DNA of 64,000 nucleotides from Spongospora subterranea f. sp. subterranea (Eukaryota): NCBI GenBank assembly GCA_049724395.1, contig JAUGWO010000122.1, positions 124,001 to 188,000 of the forward strand, read 5' to 3'. Shown piece by piece: positions 51,577 to 64,000 of this stretch (position 1 is its first letter; each line of letters starts with the position of its first letter). The notes under the pieces were generated by a model. It saw only the letters and a program-made list of their open reading frames with translations, ran no database searches and was not told where the DNA came from. The position numbers and the translations under genes were made by a program.

Positions 51577-52234
51577 ACAGCCGAGATAGGTTAATAATCC
51601 AGCTTAGGCTGGGCAGAGGAAATACTTCAGCAGAAGACCGCGCGACGATATGAATATTGAGGGGGGGGGGGTTACTGATGACGACCCGGTTCGCCATTTG
51701 TTTGGTTGTTCGATTGTCCTATTCTGTCCTTGGAACAATTTCGTTGAGTCCAATATTCATTTGTGAATAGGTTGAAAATAGGTTTGTAGATGTGTAACCA
51801 ATTCGCCATCGTTAATAGATATATGACCATATCGTTATGCCCATTCCGACACTGCCAACCATTCAACCGATTTTGTTTTATCATGTTTTGTTGTACAGGT
51901 TGTGCCTGTCCTGCCATTGCCCCAATCTTATAACACTACCTACTAATTTAGGCGGTTTGACGACTGTCCAGGTTTCAGACCAACGATGTCATTCCTTCAA
52001 TGGTTTGCAATTACTCGATTGAATAACTTCAGAATTGGTTGATGCAGTTTCACTGGTATCGGTCTGTGTTTTATTTGGGTTGAGAAATGTCCAAGCGCGT
52101 TCAGTGTTGATTAATGACGATGACTCGAGATATCCCCGACCGGGGGTGATATCCCCAATTTAGTGTGTGACTCCCTTGACAACCACTGTCTGCTCAATCA
52201 AGTCGGGTTCGATCACATTTACAGAATAATCACC

Positions 52235-52912
52235 ATGATGCAACCCTCAAATTGGAGGCGGGCTGATAATCGTGATGTTGGTGAAATTGCAGAACATCTA
52301 CGAAGGGCATCGCTTGGAACCGATTCCAAAGAAGACTCAATCGCAGGTCCAATCAGTCCCGGTAGAAGCCAACATGAAGGCAACGCTGGGTCGATATCTT
52401 CAATATTACTAGCGTTAGAGGACGTGGCCGCTTCCAATATTTCTAGCGCTTCACCGACCGGCTATATCACAGACGATGAGGAATCCCTAACGGAATCAGA
52501 TGAGACCGCCACGTCCTCCGACTCAAACTATCAATGCCAAACTGGGGCGTCGTCTTTGCACAAAAGCCAGTCGCATCGGTCCGGGATATCTCTCTCGCCC
52601 CGTAAACATTCTGACGCTGAGATGGCGCTTGACAGTGAGATGACATGTAGCGCCATTTCAAGATCAGATGAGGACACAATGGTTGACACGCCATGTCCAC
52701 CACAAAAATTTCGGAGGGCCACTCAGGACGTCGATGCTGAATCTGATACAAAAATGGGTGAGATGACAGAGTCTGATGAGCAAAGACCTCATTCTGATCC
52801 AATGTCGGGAGTGAATGGATCTGAAATCGAAAGTTCACAACGGCGAGATCGTGAATTTGGTGATCAATCCGATCAGGAGAGTTCCTTGATGGTGAGAGAT
52901 ATGACATTTTAG
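52235..52912 (+). CDS. Hypothetical disordered Ser/Asp/Glu-rich protein
   Basis: About 225-aa ATG-initiated low-complexity ORF. No motif recognised. Confidence 0.45.
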   Translation: MMQPSNWRRADNRDVGEIAEHLRRASLGTDSKEDSIAGPISPGRSQHEGNAGSISSILLALEDVAASNISSASPTGYITDDEESLTESDETATSSDSNYQCQTGASSLHKSQSHRSGISLSPRKHSDAEMALDSEMTCSAISRSDEDTMVDTPCPPQKFRRATQDVDAESDTKMGEMTESDEQRPHSDPMSGVNGSEIESSQRRDREFGDQSDQESSLMVRDMTF

Positions 52913-53589
52913 AGTATTCTTTTGAGAAAATTGGTGACGATTTATGTGAGGTCGTCCAAGTATGGGGTCAATCATTGACCTTTACTGATAAACATAACTA
53001 TAAAAAGATATTCATTTCCTCAACTCTTAAAACAGATCCTTCGTCCATCTGATACCCAATCGCCCCGGCCAAATAAGATGGTATAACAATCTACTCGCTA
53101 TGGTTGCCGATCAGGCCGGTCACGGTTGATTGTGGCGAGCTCATGCAGCAAATGGGCTCATCATGCTGGCACATATTCGGGACTAATTCACTATAATCAT
53201 GTCAATGATGGAGTTAATTGATTGTTTATCACCTGATAACAGGACATGGCTCAATTTGATTCTGACGGTGCCGAAGTCGATCACTAATTCGCAATTCCGA
53301 CCTGATAATGGTTTATTCGAGAAAACAGTACTAATCCCAGTGATCTTGTGTATTTGTTCTGGTCCATTATCGATGTCAATCAAGCTGAACTACCTACCGT
53401 AAACCGCCGGTGAGCTATGTAGCCCCAATCCTTGTACTTACGCGCCTTGGTGCATTGAATGGGGCCAGCTATATGGCAATTTCAACCGAACTTGTTTTGG
53501 CGTCAAATTTAATGTCGGGCGTCGGACGGATCCCTCTGCTCATTTGTGATTCAAACGGTACAGAAATCATTTCAAATAATTCACCAGCG

Positions 53590-54250
53590 AGGCGTCTTTC
53601 AAAGTCAACAGCCAAGAAGTACAATGTGTCGCCAGCACAGATACGTTGGTGGCGAAATCAAAGAGCTTGACGGCCGACATCAAAGATATATCCCATTTTA
53701 AGACTCTTAACAAGGGGCGTGATTCAAAACACGTTGAATGTTATACTCAGTTGAACACTTTCATGACAGAGCTATGAGAGCGAGATCGTTTGATAACGGT
53801 TTAACTGAAAAGGATATACCTGATAAATCTGCCACCATGGACGTTCTTCGAAAACGACTTTACCGATTTTGGCTAAAGCAAAGTATGTCAAACGTCGTGC
53901 TGCACTGGTTGTGCAAACTCCCGATACAGGCAAGACCACATCAACCAGTTTGTTGATTACGACAAAGAGCAGGTAAAACGTGCGAAACTTGATCCGGATT
54001 GTGTCGTTAACATTGACGAAACCAATGTGGGATTTCGATTCGAACGGGAATGTCATCTTTAGCTCCTAAAGGTTATCGAACAGTGATCGTACAAACGACA
54101 GGTTCATCAGCGTGTCACTGCGTTGTTCGGCATCAAGCTAAAAAAGCCATTGTTGATTTTTGGGGCAAACCTGGGAATGAGGGAGTTCAAGCAAATGAAC
54201 TATCCCTCATCCATCGTCAGCGCTGTCCAAGATAGAACCTGGGTTGAGAA
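53590..54250 (+). mobile_element. Decayed pogo-like transposase
   Basis: HTH-like STAKKYNVSPAQIRWWRNQ, VVNIDETNVGF and LAPKGYRTVIVQTTGSS. Confidence 0.6.
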
Positions 54251-55889
54251 CAATATACACCAATGGAAATTGTGAGCAGGTGGACTTTGTACTTATTACG
54301 TACAACGTGAGTGATGATTTGTCGTTTAATCGAACGCCGTCTCGTGAGCACTCTGGATCTGTATCAAGAAGATATTGATTGCCGCATTTTCAAGAAAGTT
54401 TTTTAATGGCGCTTACGAAACCGCAAGTTCAACGGCGGGCGTTTAGCATGCACGTAATTAACAAGGTCTGTCACATATTCAAAAAAGTTAATCGGATTCA
54501 TCGTCACAGCAAAGCACCGCTGCGAAAATTCTCAAAGGTCTTCATTGCAACACTATTTATCAGATATCGGTTATGTTGCCGAAATCTCTGGTAGACAACT
54601 GTCACAAACTGTCTGTGTGTCATGTTTTACCGATTTCAACTCAGAAACTGTCCAAACAAGATATTCATTTCTGGATTAGACGGTTGCCAAGACTTCTGTA
54701 ATGGCTCCGATAGACCACGTTTGTAGCACCAAATCAGGATCCATTTAACCTGTTTGTATTGACATGGCCCTCATCGTGCCATAGTCGCTTACCAACAACA
54801 GTCGGGAGCATCAATTGATGCCTGAAATTACTTCCAGGAATTTATTGGAAAATCATGTGGGAATGGCTCGCTTGAACGATGATATTTTCAATAGCTGGCA
54901 ACAGCTTCAGCTTGCTACACATTTCAATCAGTCCAATTGCAGATATCTGCGACACGATCAATGGCCATCGGTGACAAGTAGCACGTAATATAGCTTGACA
55001 ATTCCCACTGGCTTGGGTGTGCGGTTGTTAAAAAACACTATTCTCATGCTGAGCGGCAGACAGCTTTACCAGCAAATGTGACAAGCACCACGCAAGGGAA
55101 AATGACCAACCGACTACAACCGACTATCAGTGGCCACCGCATTAGGGTACACGACACAGTGAAACGGGCAAAATTATCCATCTCAAGCCCTTGTTATGAC
55201 AAAATTCAAAAATGTATCCAATTGGGGGCCTGACAGTAGAGGAAAAGTCCGAGCGGCGCAACCCCCTGGTTGATGTTCGGTCGCTACCGGTAATACAGTA
55301 TGACTCGTATATGTACAGTTGTGCTTGGAAAAATGGAGATTCTTGCAGATGGCGCGACGAGCGAAAACGGAGAATTTTTCAGGTGGCATGACATATTAAT
55401 CAATTTTTCAGATTGTTTATGACAAAATTTTTTCCATTTTTACCGCACGAAAAAAATTATATATATATGCCGTGACATTATTAGCATACATTTACGGACC
55501 TAAATGTGGATGGATAATATTGTCATCTACAGTACTGGGCGACTGATCTCATCAGTCGACTGATGCGTGGCCTGCTATCAGTCGACTGACAGAAATACCT
55601 CCCGCGCACAATGTGCTGAACAAAAGTTGAACAAATCAGTGCAGTACAGTACTGTACCAGTTCAGCACGGCAGTACGGTGTACCCTACAGTAAAGGGTAC
55701 AGTACCACTACGACACTCGACTGGTCCCTGGATACAGTAGAGGGTACAGTACTACGGCACTCGACTGGTCCCTGGATGTATCCAGGGACCAGTCGAATAG
55801 CGAGTGCCTATCAATACAGTATTTATACCATACTATACCGTATATCGCATGCGGAATCCTTCTCCAAAACGAAAGCTCCTTTTGCTTCG

Positions 55890-57652
55890 ATGCTGCCGAT
55901 ATGCGTCATGCCACCTTTTCTATTACGAAGAACGTGGCGTAGAATGACGACGTTGCCACATGGGGTGTCCTCGAAATGTAAGAAATCTGATGATCCTGTG
56001 CCCAGCGTTGCAGATTGGGCCTGGGAAGATGCACTACATCGAGGTCATTTCGCTGATCTGCAAGAGTACCAATAATTATCTTCTGTGCTATCAGAATTGT
56101 TTGTTTTTGCTCCATGATGTCTCTTACATCAGATAGGTGCATTGCCGTTCTACTCGGATCCAAATTTGGAATTCTAATGTTCTTTAATTTACAAAAGTCC
56201 ACCACCCTAACTTTTTTTAGTTCAATGTCTTTTTGGCCCAACTTTTCTTGTCGGTATGCTATTAAACTGTGACTACTTAAGGTATACCGCGACTAAAGGG
56301 GTCGTCGTTCCACCAATGACTTCGATGCTTCTCCCTAAACACGGCATTGTCGTACCTGATGTGCCCGGTAACAGATTCTCGCCGTTTTTCCTTCATTGTA
56401 GATGTGTTGCTACTTTCCAGTTATGGTTTTCGATTTCAATATTTGTTCGCTTCCGCGTTTCACTAATAATTAATGTGCAACCACCCTATCATCATTCAGT
56501 TATATCTGTTAAATGATCCATGGTTGTTTTTACTCGTTAGCACGTGTTGACGTTCTGTAAAAAACTGAGATCATACAACACAATTATGATATTCTAATGT
56601 AATGAACTCAGTTTTTGATGTGAATGAGTCGTTTCAAGCTCCTCATATTTTATCCGAGTTTATTCCTGGATCCGCGTCGATGGGTCGTATTTCGCTGCTT
56701 GGCGTCTCATTTCGTGAATCGGGCCGCGATGCTCTCCAATCGTGGCTTGCCCCATTCATGAAAACCAACTCACAGATGCAAAAACAAGTTGGTTTCTCAT
56801 CATTCGAATGCTAATTGTGTTTGTTTCAATATCGTAAATTCGCCAAGGAGTTTGCCTCGAGCAGTTGATTTTTAGTTTTGGTTCTTACACCTGATGAGAA
56901 GTGACAAACCAGCTTCACTCTAACAAATCACTAGTGTGCTTTAAATTGTTACCAGCGACCAGCATCTTTTTAGCATTTTATTGCTTCTTAATTTCATGTT
57001 TTTTTACTGCATTTTTTATCAATTGCTAACTGGATTTGATGAAACAGTACATTGAGCTGGCCTTGATCGAGGGCAATGTGCATCGCTTTCTGGTTCGACA
57101 TTTTCTCTGGAGATCGCTGCGCCTGGCATTTCGGAGTCGTGCAGCCGCTTCCCTCATTTCAACCCGTTACTTATTCTGCTTCGAGGATGCCGTCGCCCAG
57201 CTTCAAACTCTCGGGATCCGCAATCGTTTAGCTGGTATGGCGCTTTCCCTAGTTTGTGCTCCCTTTCCAGAGACTGTTTGGTTTTTGGACTTCTTTCTTC
57301 GAAATATTCATTGTCGATATAAATTCACATGTTATATTCGAGATTTGTCGGATTCTGAAGGTTTCTCGATTCTGTTTTAGTTTCGCATAGTTTGGTCGAT
57401 AAATTTGATGATTTCACCGTTGCAACGTTCAACAATAACAGGAAATGTTTAACTCTTCCGGTCAACTTCCTCAATCGCCAACATTGTGTAGGATATGTGT
57501 TTCTATTGGATGGAAAAGGACGTTTGCGATGGCGCAGCTCTGGTGCTTTTTGCCCAGAGCAATTGCCGCTGTTCTCCGCGAATCTAAATTTATTGCACGA
57601 TGAGCTGATCGTAGAGCAACCTGACGCTTTGCGATCGTCGCAAAACCCTTGA
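55890..57652 (+). CDS. ATP10: Mitochondrial ATP synthase assembly factor ATP10, 5 exons
   Basis: Arg-rich presequence, LHRGHFADLQEYTATKG, ISLLGVSFRESGRDALQSW, LGIRNRLAGYVFLLDGKGRLRWRSSG. Confidence 0.88.
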
Positions 57653-58879
57653 TAATAAAACATTTATCTCCTTGGTGCTTTTTGACTTTTTTTCACATTG
57701 CGTACTTTAGAAGTATATGGCTGAAATGTCGACGAAACCGAACGTGGAAATGCCGCAATGAGTCTCAGCGACGGCCAATGGGAGCGAACAAGCGAAACTG
57801 AGCAAGAAAAAAAAATGTTTTTTAAGAATTCGAGTCACATTATAAGCAAAAGTGTTGATTTTTAAACGGGTTCTACTTCTAAGTTCGCCTACTGTACCTC
57901 CAGGTTCGCCTCTCGCTCTAGGACATGTCTGTATCTCTCGTATCCTCCCTCAAATTATGCATCAAATGTTTCTTATCAATTCAACTGTTTCACATCTCGT
58001 GCTCGAAATATTGGGCAGAGCAAACACGGTAACACCCAATTTTCTTTTTTTGTGGCGGGCGTTCGAGAGCAGCGGGATATGCTCTTTGGTCTTGATTTGT
58101 GCTTTGCCCCTGGAGGTGCCACAACTCCAAACAATTCAACTCTGCCGTCTCGCAGCGATCTGGACGCATTCAGCAGAGATGTCATCCATTCATCACATGT
58201 TTGTTAGTGATGTCGCCAGCACGACTGTCAGCTGAAATCGGTTATCATGCTTGCTCATCCAATTCTCTTGTGTTTTCATCGAATCGCTTGAACTCGCCTC
58301 CTGGGTGTTGCCCATCGTAACGAACGACATTTCATATGCGGATGTTTTGTCAGTACAAGAGCAGTCAAAATCGCTGGACAAGGAGTCATATTTTATGCCG
58401 GCCGTTATGAAAGAGTTCACCAACATGTGCAACTTGGAGCATCATTTACAGTGACATTGGATAATTGATATGGTCCTATATAAGTGATTAATAAACAATA
58501 TCTGGCCTAAATACGGGCTCTGATTGAACTTGGAATAGAGCGAATAGCCTTGGCGAAATAAGGAGAGCGTACGATTGATTATCGTGGACAAGCAAACTAG
58601 GATGAACGTCCCCGGTCACCGCTTTTACTGGGGGGACAGGAATGGCCCACTCTGATATGTCCAAGTTCCAGCGGATATGCTAATAGAGGAAGTAAAGCAG
58701 TTGCAAGATTCATTAATATGCATAAAGGAATAATACTGTCTCAGAGGAGCATCGTGGAAAATACGAATTTAGTCTCGTCAGTTAAGAAGGAAACTAATTA
58801 CTATTGGGATATCGTCTTGGTTGGAGATCCTGACCCTGCTATGATGGCTGGCAATAAATTGTTCTTGCGATGCACGGGT

Positions 58880-59552
58880 CCGGATGGTCGTTCATGACGA
58901 TCGCATCAGGTGTCATTATTAATAATAGCCTGAAATTCAGTGAAAGTATCGAGGACCAGTTTGAGTATGATAGTGCAGTTACGAGGTTGAGACATTTCGC
59001 GGGATGTCGACAGAACACGCAGACTCAGGATCTTGAGTTGTTTGTTGATTGGAACGGATTGCCGCAGGCTGAGCTCTTGGACATTTGAAGAACCTCTGGA
59101 ACGATGTTTTTTCACTAGTACGGGTCTACTATAGACAACTGAAATTATCTGGCCATGAGTTGGGAGATATGGTCCTTGAAGCGACCAGATTGTTGGGCTC
59201 TCTTATTGAGTAGCATCTTCTTCCATCAATCCGTACAATGGCTTTTTATAGCAAATACTTGTATCAGATCGCTAGAATGATGATCAGGATTGCTGAACAG
59301 AACTGTGTCGCGCTCATCGACTCCTGCTCAGCGGTGAACCTCATCATCCTTGAGTTCTTAACTCGTAACCCAACCGGTTATCTTCCACGTTATCATTCAA
59401 GTAGTGAAATTGTCTCAAGTATTACTCTGGTAGCCTTTGACGGTTCAGATCCCATCTGCCCGACCGGCCGGGTATTGGTTTCAGTTCGGCTAGACGAAGC
59501 CCTTTCCACCGACGTGGTGTTCCTAGTACTGCTCGGTAATCCTGCAATTTGA
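58880..59552 (+). mobile_element. Ty3/Gypsy-like retrotransposon debris (chromodomain-like and aspartic protease fragments)
   Basis: ELFVDWNGL (chromo-like) and VALIDSCSAVNLI (retropepsin-like). Stops present. Confidence 0.5.
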
Positions 59553-60079
59553 GCTCTGCTACTGATCATCGAAATTGCACATTGAAAAATAACTTGACTT
59601 TTCCTTCAATCCAACAATTCGAACCCCGACCAATGGCGACAACCAGCTACCGCGACCTGCCAGTCATGATCATGGACAGGTCGGAGGCCTTGATGAACGC
59701 AACGGTCGGACCCCACAACACCTCACTGCCGTACTTAACCAACAGCCCGGCGCCTTTGACAATACGGCATCCGGCGAGAATCTTCTCCCGAAGAGAGGAA
59801 AAGAGCTTCTAATTTCTCGCGAAATCACTATTGCAACCGCTTCCTTAAAGCATCAGATCTGCAGCCGCCCTGCGAGACAAACAACACCAATCTACGACCG
59901 CAGTACCCTCAAAATCTGTCGGATTCCCAATCGCAGTCTCATCCAAACATAATGCTGCCGCCAATTATCTCTGAGACCGAGTTCGCACAAACTATGACAA
60001 GGCGTCATCGACATTGATCAACATTTAACAGTCGATTGATGCCCAAACCGTCAACGCTGGCGCCGATATATTTTGATGC

Positions 60080-60516
60080 GCATGGCCATTTCGGAATCGT
60101 ACTGCCGCTTTACTCAACTCAACCCGTTACACCTATTCTGCTGCGAGAATTCCCTCGCCCAGCTTTAAACTCTCGGGATCAGAAACCTGTTTAGTTGTTA
60201 TGGCGCTCTCCCTAACTCTTGATCTCCATTTCCGTAAATGTTTGATTTCTCTTTTTCTTTGTTGAAATGCTCATTGCCGACATAAATCCAATGTTATTCG
60301 TTAAATTTTGGATGTTTTGTTCTAGCAGTTTCGCATAGGTTACTCGGTAATTGTCAATTTGCCGTAAAAACATTCAACGATCACAGAGTTCTTGATCTCG
60401 CGGTCAAGTTTCTCGATTGCCAACAATGTGTAGGATATGTTTTTTATTGAACGAGAAAAGGCGTTGGCCATTGCGCAGCTCTGGAGCATTTCGCGCAGAA
60501 CACATCTCGTTGTTCT
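60080..60516 (+). pseudogene. Decayed partial duplicate of the ATP10 3' region, including its last intron
   Basis: Collinear with ~57120-57580 (CATTTCGGARTCGT, AAACTCTCGGGATC, TGTGTAGGATATGT, GCGCAGCTCTGG). Has indels and stops, and the donor is lost. Confidence 0.85.
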
Positions 60517-61167
60517 AAATCAATGATTGTATATCTTTAAACCGAGTGTATGAAAGTAATCGTGTCGGTACCGTCCAAAGCAAGAGGGTGCTGAGGAAGC
60601 CGTGAAAGCAAACAAAGAGCAACCTGACACTTTGCCATCGCCGGAAAACCCTTGATTTATTGAACCTATCTGTAATAACAAAAGATGAATAAAACGAACT
60701 CACGTAATGAATTTTCGGAATAGGTTTTGGCTTCTTGTTTACTCTAAGCTCTCAGTTTCGTGTTTATTTTGAGGTAAATAACATCATCGGTTACTGCTTC
60801 TCATTCTCGCTACTTGTCCCTCTTTCAATCGGAGTGCATGTGCTCAACCAATTAGAATGTTGAGCTCAGATTTTTTAAGGGAAATCGATCGTAAAAAAAA
60901 TCAAAAAATCGTTGTGCAAAAGGATTCTCATTGATTTATAGACGCATAAAAATGTGTTTGGTTCCGGATTGGCCTTATTCTCATTTCAGGGAAAGTTTCC
61001 CCTATTCACGCCAGTTGTCAATTCCGACAACTGTGAAGAAAGGTCCCGTAGCCGGTCACCATAAGTCATTGGATATCTGTCAGTTTTCGAACAAAATCCT
61101 TTATCTACTGTGTGGCTAGACTTCTTTGACTTTGGTCGAATCATTCTCAAAACACATCTGGGAGTCA

Positions 61168-61652
61168 TGGCAGGAAAGCAGCCCAATGATTCGAATTCGG
61201 GATCAACCGCAACGCGAAGATCGGCCAGAAAGCGGACAAGAGAGGAATTTGAAGTTGAACCGGATAACGAGGAAGTTGATGAGGAGGAACCGGATGAAGA
61301 AGAGGATGATGAAGAGGAAAGTGACGATTCTGCTTCGGACGAAATGGAGGTGGACTCGACTGGTTCCGTTTCTGACCCAATGAAAATAAACGGGTCGGAA
61401 TCGTCTGGAGGTAATTCTGGGGAGGCGGACGATGAACCAGCTCATCAAGTAGATGAAATTGTTGGCTCCAGGGTGGTCCGACAACAACTACAATATCTGG
61501 TACATTGGACAGGGTATCTCAAGAAGACCTGGGAACCCGCTAACACTTTTAGGGCCTCGGCGAGTCCATCTCTGCTGGCCGAAATCAGACGCTTCGAACG
61601 AATGTCCTCACGTGCGAAATCGCTCGGTCGAAATACATCTCTTAAAAAGTGA
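61168..61652 (+). CDS. Small chromodomain protein with basic NLS-like motif and acidic tract
   Basis: RRSARKRTR, poly-D/E tract, then HQVDEIVGSRV...QYLVHWTGYLKKTWEPANTF. Confidence 0.85.
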
Positions 61653-62761
61653 TAAACCTATTTCAGCATGTTTCGCAGGGCCTGTGAAATCGGTTGTCCA
61701 CGACTCGCTACGGGAAACTGTTTTCGTTGTTGGACTCGACAACTATTAAAGCGAGGGCTCTTATCAATGAGGTAATCTTGTTGTGACGAGAAAGGGGCGC
61801 CAACCACGCGAAGGGATGTCAACCAAATAATCGCGAGAGTTGATTATCGACCGAACGGCCGAATAACAAGAAATTGGTATCAAATACAAGGATGACGTTG
61901 GGTGACGAGAAACAGACAGACCAGCGGACCTGGGCGTTCATTGAGGAACTGGCTCACCGACCAATGGGATGTCTGTTTTCGAATCATGGTGTTGCTCAAG
62001 AGCGTCAAGGACAAAGACTGTCGTGGGCCCCACGTGTGCCCAACTTAAGATACCGGCATGAGCCGGACTGGGGCCAGACTGAGAATAAACCTGACACGGA
62101 ACGGAGTCCTCATCACGATGGAATTGTGAAAATTGAACCATGTCCTATCGGTCAAGAGAAGCGCGGTTCTGCGACATATTTTTCTGTCGCGGCACAGAAA
62201 CATCCTCAAACATAGCGCCAATCTTTTTAGATATATAACCCTCTTTCTTTAAACCAACAGGATGAAACGGAAAGATTGACAAAATATTGTTTCGCTCTCC
62301 TATTAAAGAAAAAAGAATAATAGTAAATCAGCTGAATGTTGAAAATCCAATCCATTGTGACTAAATAAGTGAAGAGGATGCAAAAAGAACAAGAACGCTC
62401 ACTAAATTATACGCGTTTGCAAATGAACACATAGCTTCCTTTCCGGGTTTTATAACGGGATAAGCAACACATAATGTCGAGGCGTCAACGCCTCATCCCC
62501 AAAACACAGTCAACAGAGGTCTGGTGGCAATTGCAATCATTTCTACGATGTGATGCATTTTCGTCAGACGGGGATGTGTTAAATTGAAAGGAGCGCAGAT
62601 TACTTCATCGGAAGGAGTTGCGTTGCGCAAATTATTAGTGGTCACCTAGTTCAGTACTGTACCACTATCTCGTGTTATAGTCTTTTGAAAAACTTGTCTG
62701 AAATTGTGATTGTCATTCTGATTCGCAATCGGAGCGACGAATTCGCTTCGTAGTCTCAGTC

Positions 62762-63816
62762 ATGCAGCAACCTGGAACTGTTGGTATATGTTTGACCCTT
62801 TTTACCGGCTTCCTAATGTCTCACTTGTCTCAGGATGCCCAACTTCAAAAACAGCATGAACAACAGCAAGCGTACTCTTTCTTTTTCGCTGTTGATTGCA
62901 GTTTTGTTCCGACTGTTTTCAAATTTTGGAACCCGTTTGTAACTTGAACCTTCTCAAATTTCACATTGTACGACAACATTTAAAGGCTGATTTTTCTCGT
63001 CTGTTTCATTGATATGCATTCAGTTTTTGTTATGTTTTTGGTTCAGATTGGAAGCAAGACGACAAATGATCCTTGGTCAAATTCTTGATGGCGCTGCCAG
63101 AGAGCGATGTATGCCGTGTTTATGCTGTGTTTAGTCATGATTTTTTTTCGTGGCAGTGGTTTAGATTTTACAGAAATGTACATTTTCTGTGTTCTTGCTT
63201 GGTGCCGTATTTTTTTATCTGTATCTGTATTATACCCTCTTGAGGTTATGTTGTTTCTGATTTGTTTTTGGTTTAGTGGACCGAATCGGACTGGTTCGAC
63301 CGGAACAAAAGCGCTCTATCGAAGACATGCTGAGTAAATTCCCATATATTTCTCGTTCCTGGATGCTTACCCTGGCCTCCTGTATAGTCAGTCAAGCGCA
63401 ACGCGGTGTCATGCAGCGAGTGACTGAAGATAAGATTCGATCGTTAATGAGCTCAATCAGCGAGGAGAAAGCTCGATCCTCTAAAGTCACGGTAAAATAT
63501 AAACATGTCATCGCAATTTCTGGAACTTCAATTCTGTTTCTGCTTGTTTATCATTGTGCGTAATATTTGGGTTTCGTAGTCAGTTTTCCATCGCACACAA
63601 ATGCTCATCTTCTGTGAACTAATTTGTTGTCTGGCGAGTGTATCAATGATTGGCTTTACTGTTTTGACTTTCGATTTTCGTTTTTCCTTGTATGCTACGT
63701 TTTTTCTGCTAGCATTATCACTGAGCTGATATTATTGTTTTCTCTTTTCTATTCAGATTCAAAGAAAACAGTACAGGAGTGCCGATAGTGATGACGACTC
63801 CGATTATGATCTATAA
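62762..63816 (+). CDS. PDCD5: Programmed cell death protein 5 homolog, 6 exons
   Basis: EARRQMILGQILDGAARERLDRIGLVRPE...IEDMLISQAQRG...VTEDKI...KVTIQRK...DSDDD. All GT-AG joins are in frame. Confidence 0.93.
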
Positions 63817-64000
63817 CCCGTTTGCAGTGACCTTGCCTTCCGTATGCCATTACAGATTTAATTGTTGCGTTTATAAAATGAATTTGTCACATACAGCTCA
63901 AGTTGTTTGCTTGTTGCAAGGAAACATTCGGGATCGTTCATTACAAACTATAAGGTTTCGCCATACTGCAAAATCAAGTCCCATGAAATGCTTGTCCTTC

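Noticed and set aside
55906..56241. 111-aa antisense ORF over ATP10 exon 1 and intron 1
   Set aside because: Non-ATG start, no recognisable motif, and it overlaps a well-supported gene.
45908..63816. Alternative genetic code or stop-codon reassignment
   Set aside because: The IQCA1, ATP10 and PDCD5 exons I translated read cleanly with the standard code. Apparent stops fall in introns.

Overview
Eukaryotic nuclear DNA with many short introns, from a flagellated microbial eukaryote (it carries the axonemal gene IQCA1/DRC11; a plasmodiophorid-like protist is my inference, not proven). The window opens inside a 24-bp satellite. Gene-dense blocks at about 3-14.4 kb (peroxisomal ABCD transporter, atypical dual-specificity phosphatase with an RGG tail, MYCBP, a type I membrane protein, SEC20) and about 45.6-64 kb (tRNA-Arg(TCG), IQCA1/DRC11, ATP10 plus a decayed duplicate, a chromodomain protein, PDCD5) flank a transposon-rich zone of about 30 kb. 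That zone holds pogo, Copia and MULE relics (including a GCM-domain MULE-like element with a foldback hairpin), an ankyrin ORF and a 50-bp satellite. The best novelty candidate is a modular toxin/effector-like gene at about 31.6-35.6 kb: probable signal peptide, three helical repeats plus a Gly-rich hydrophobic segment, a long GPASS tandem linker, and a probable C-terminal Zn-deaminase-like domain (CAE...CxxC). Several conserved genes in the first 24 kb each need a +1 shift at a short A-run. These are most likely consensus errors but are worth checking. All gene models were spliced by eye.
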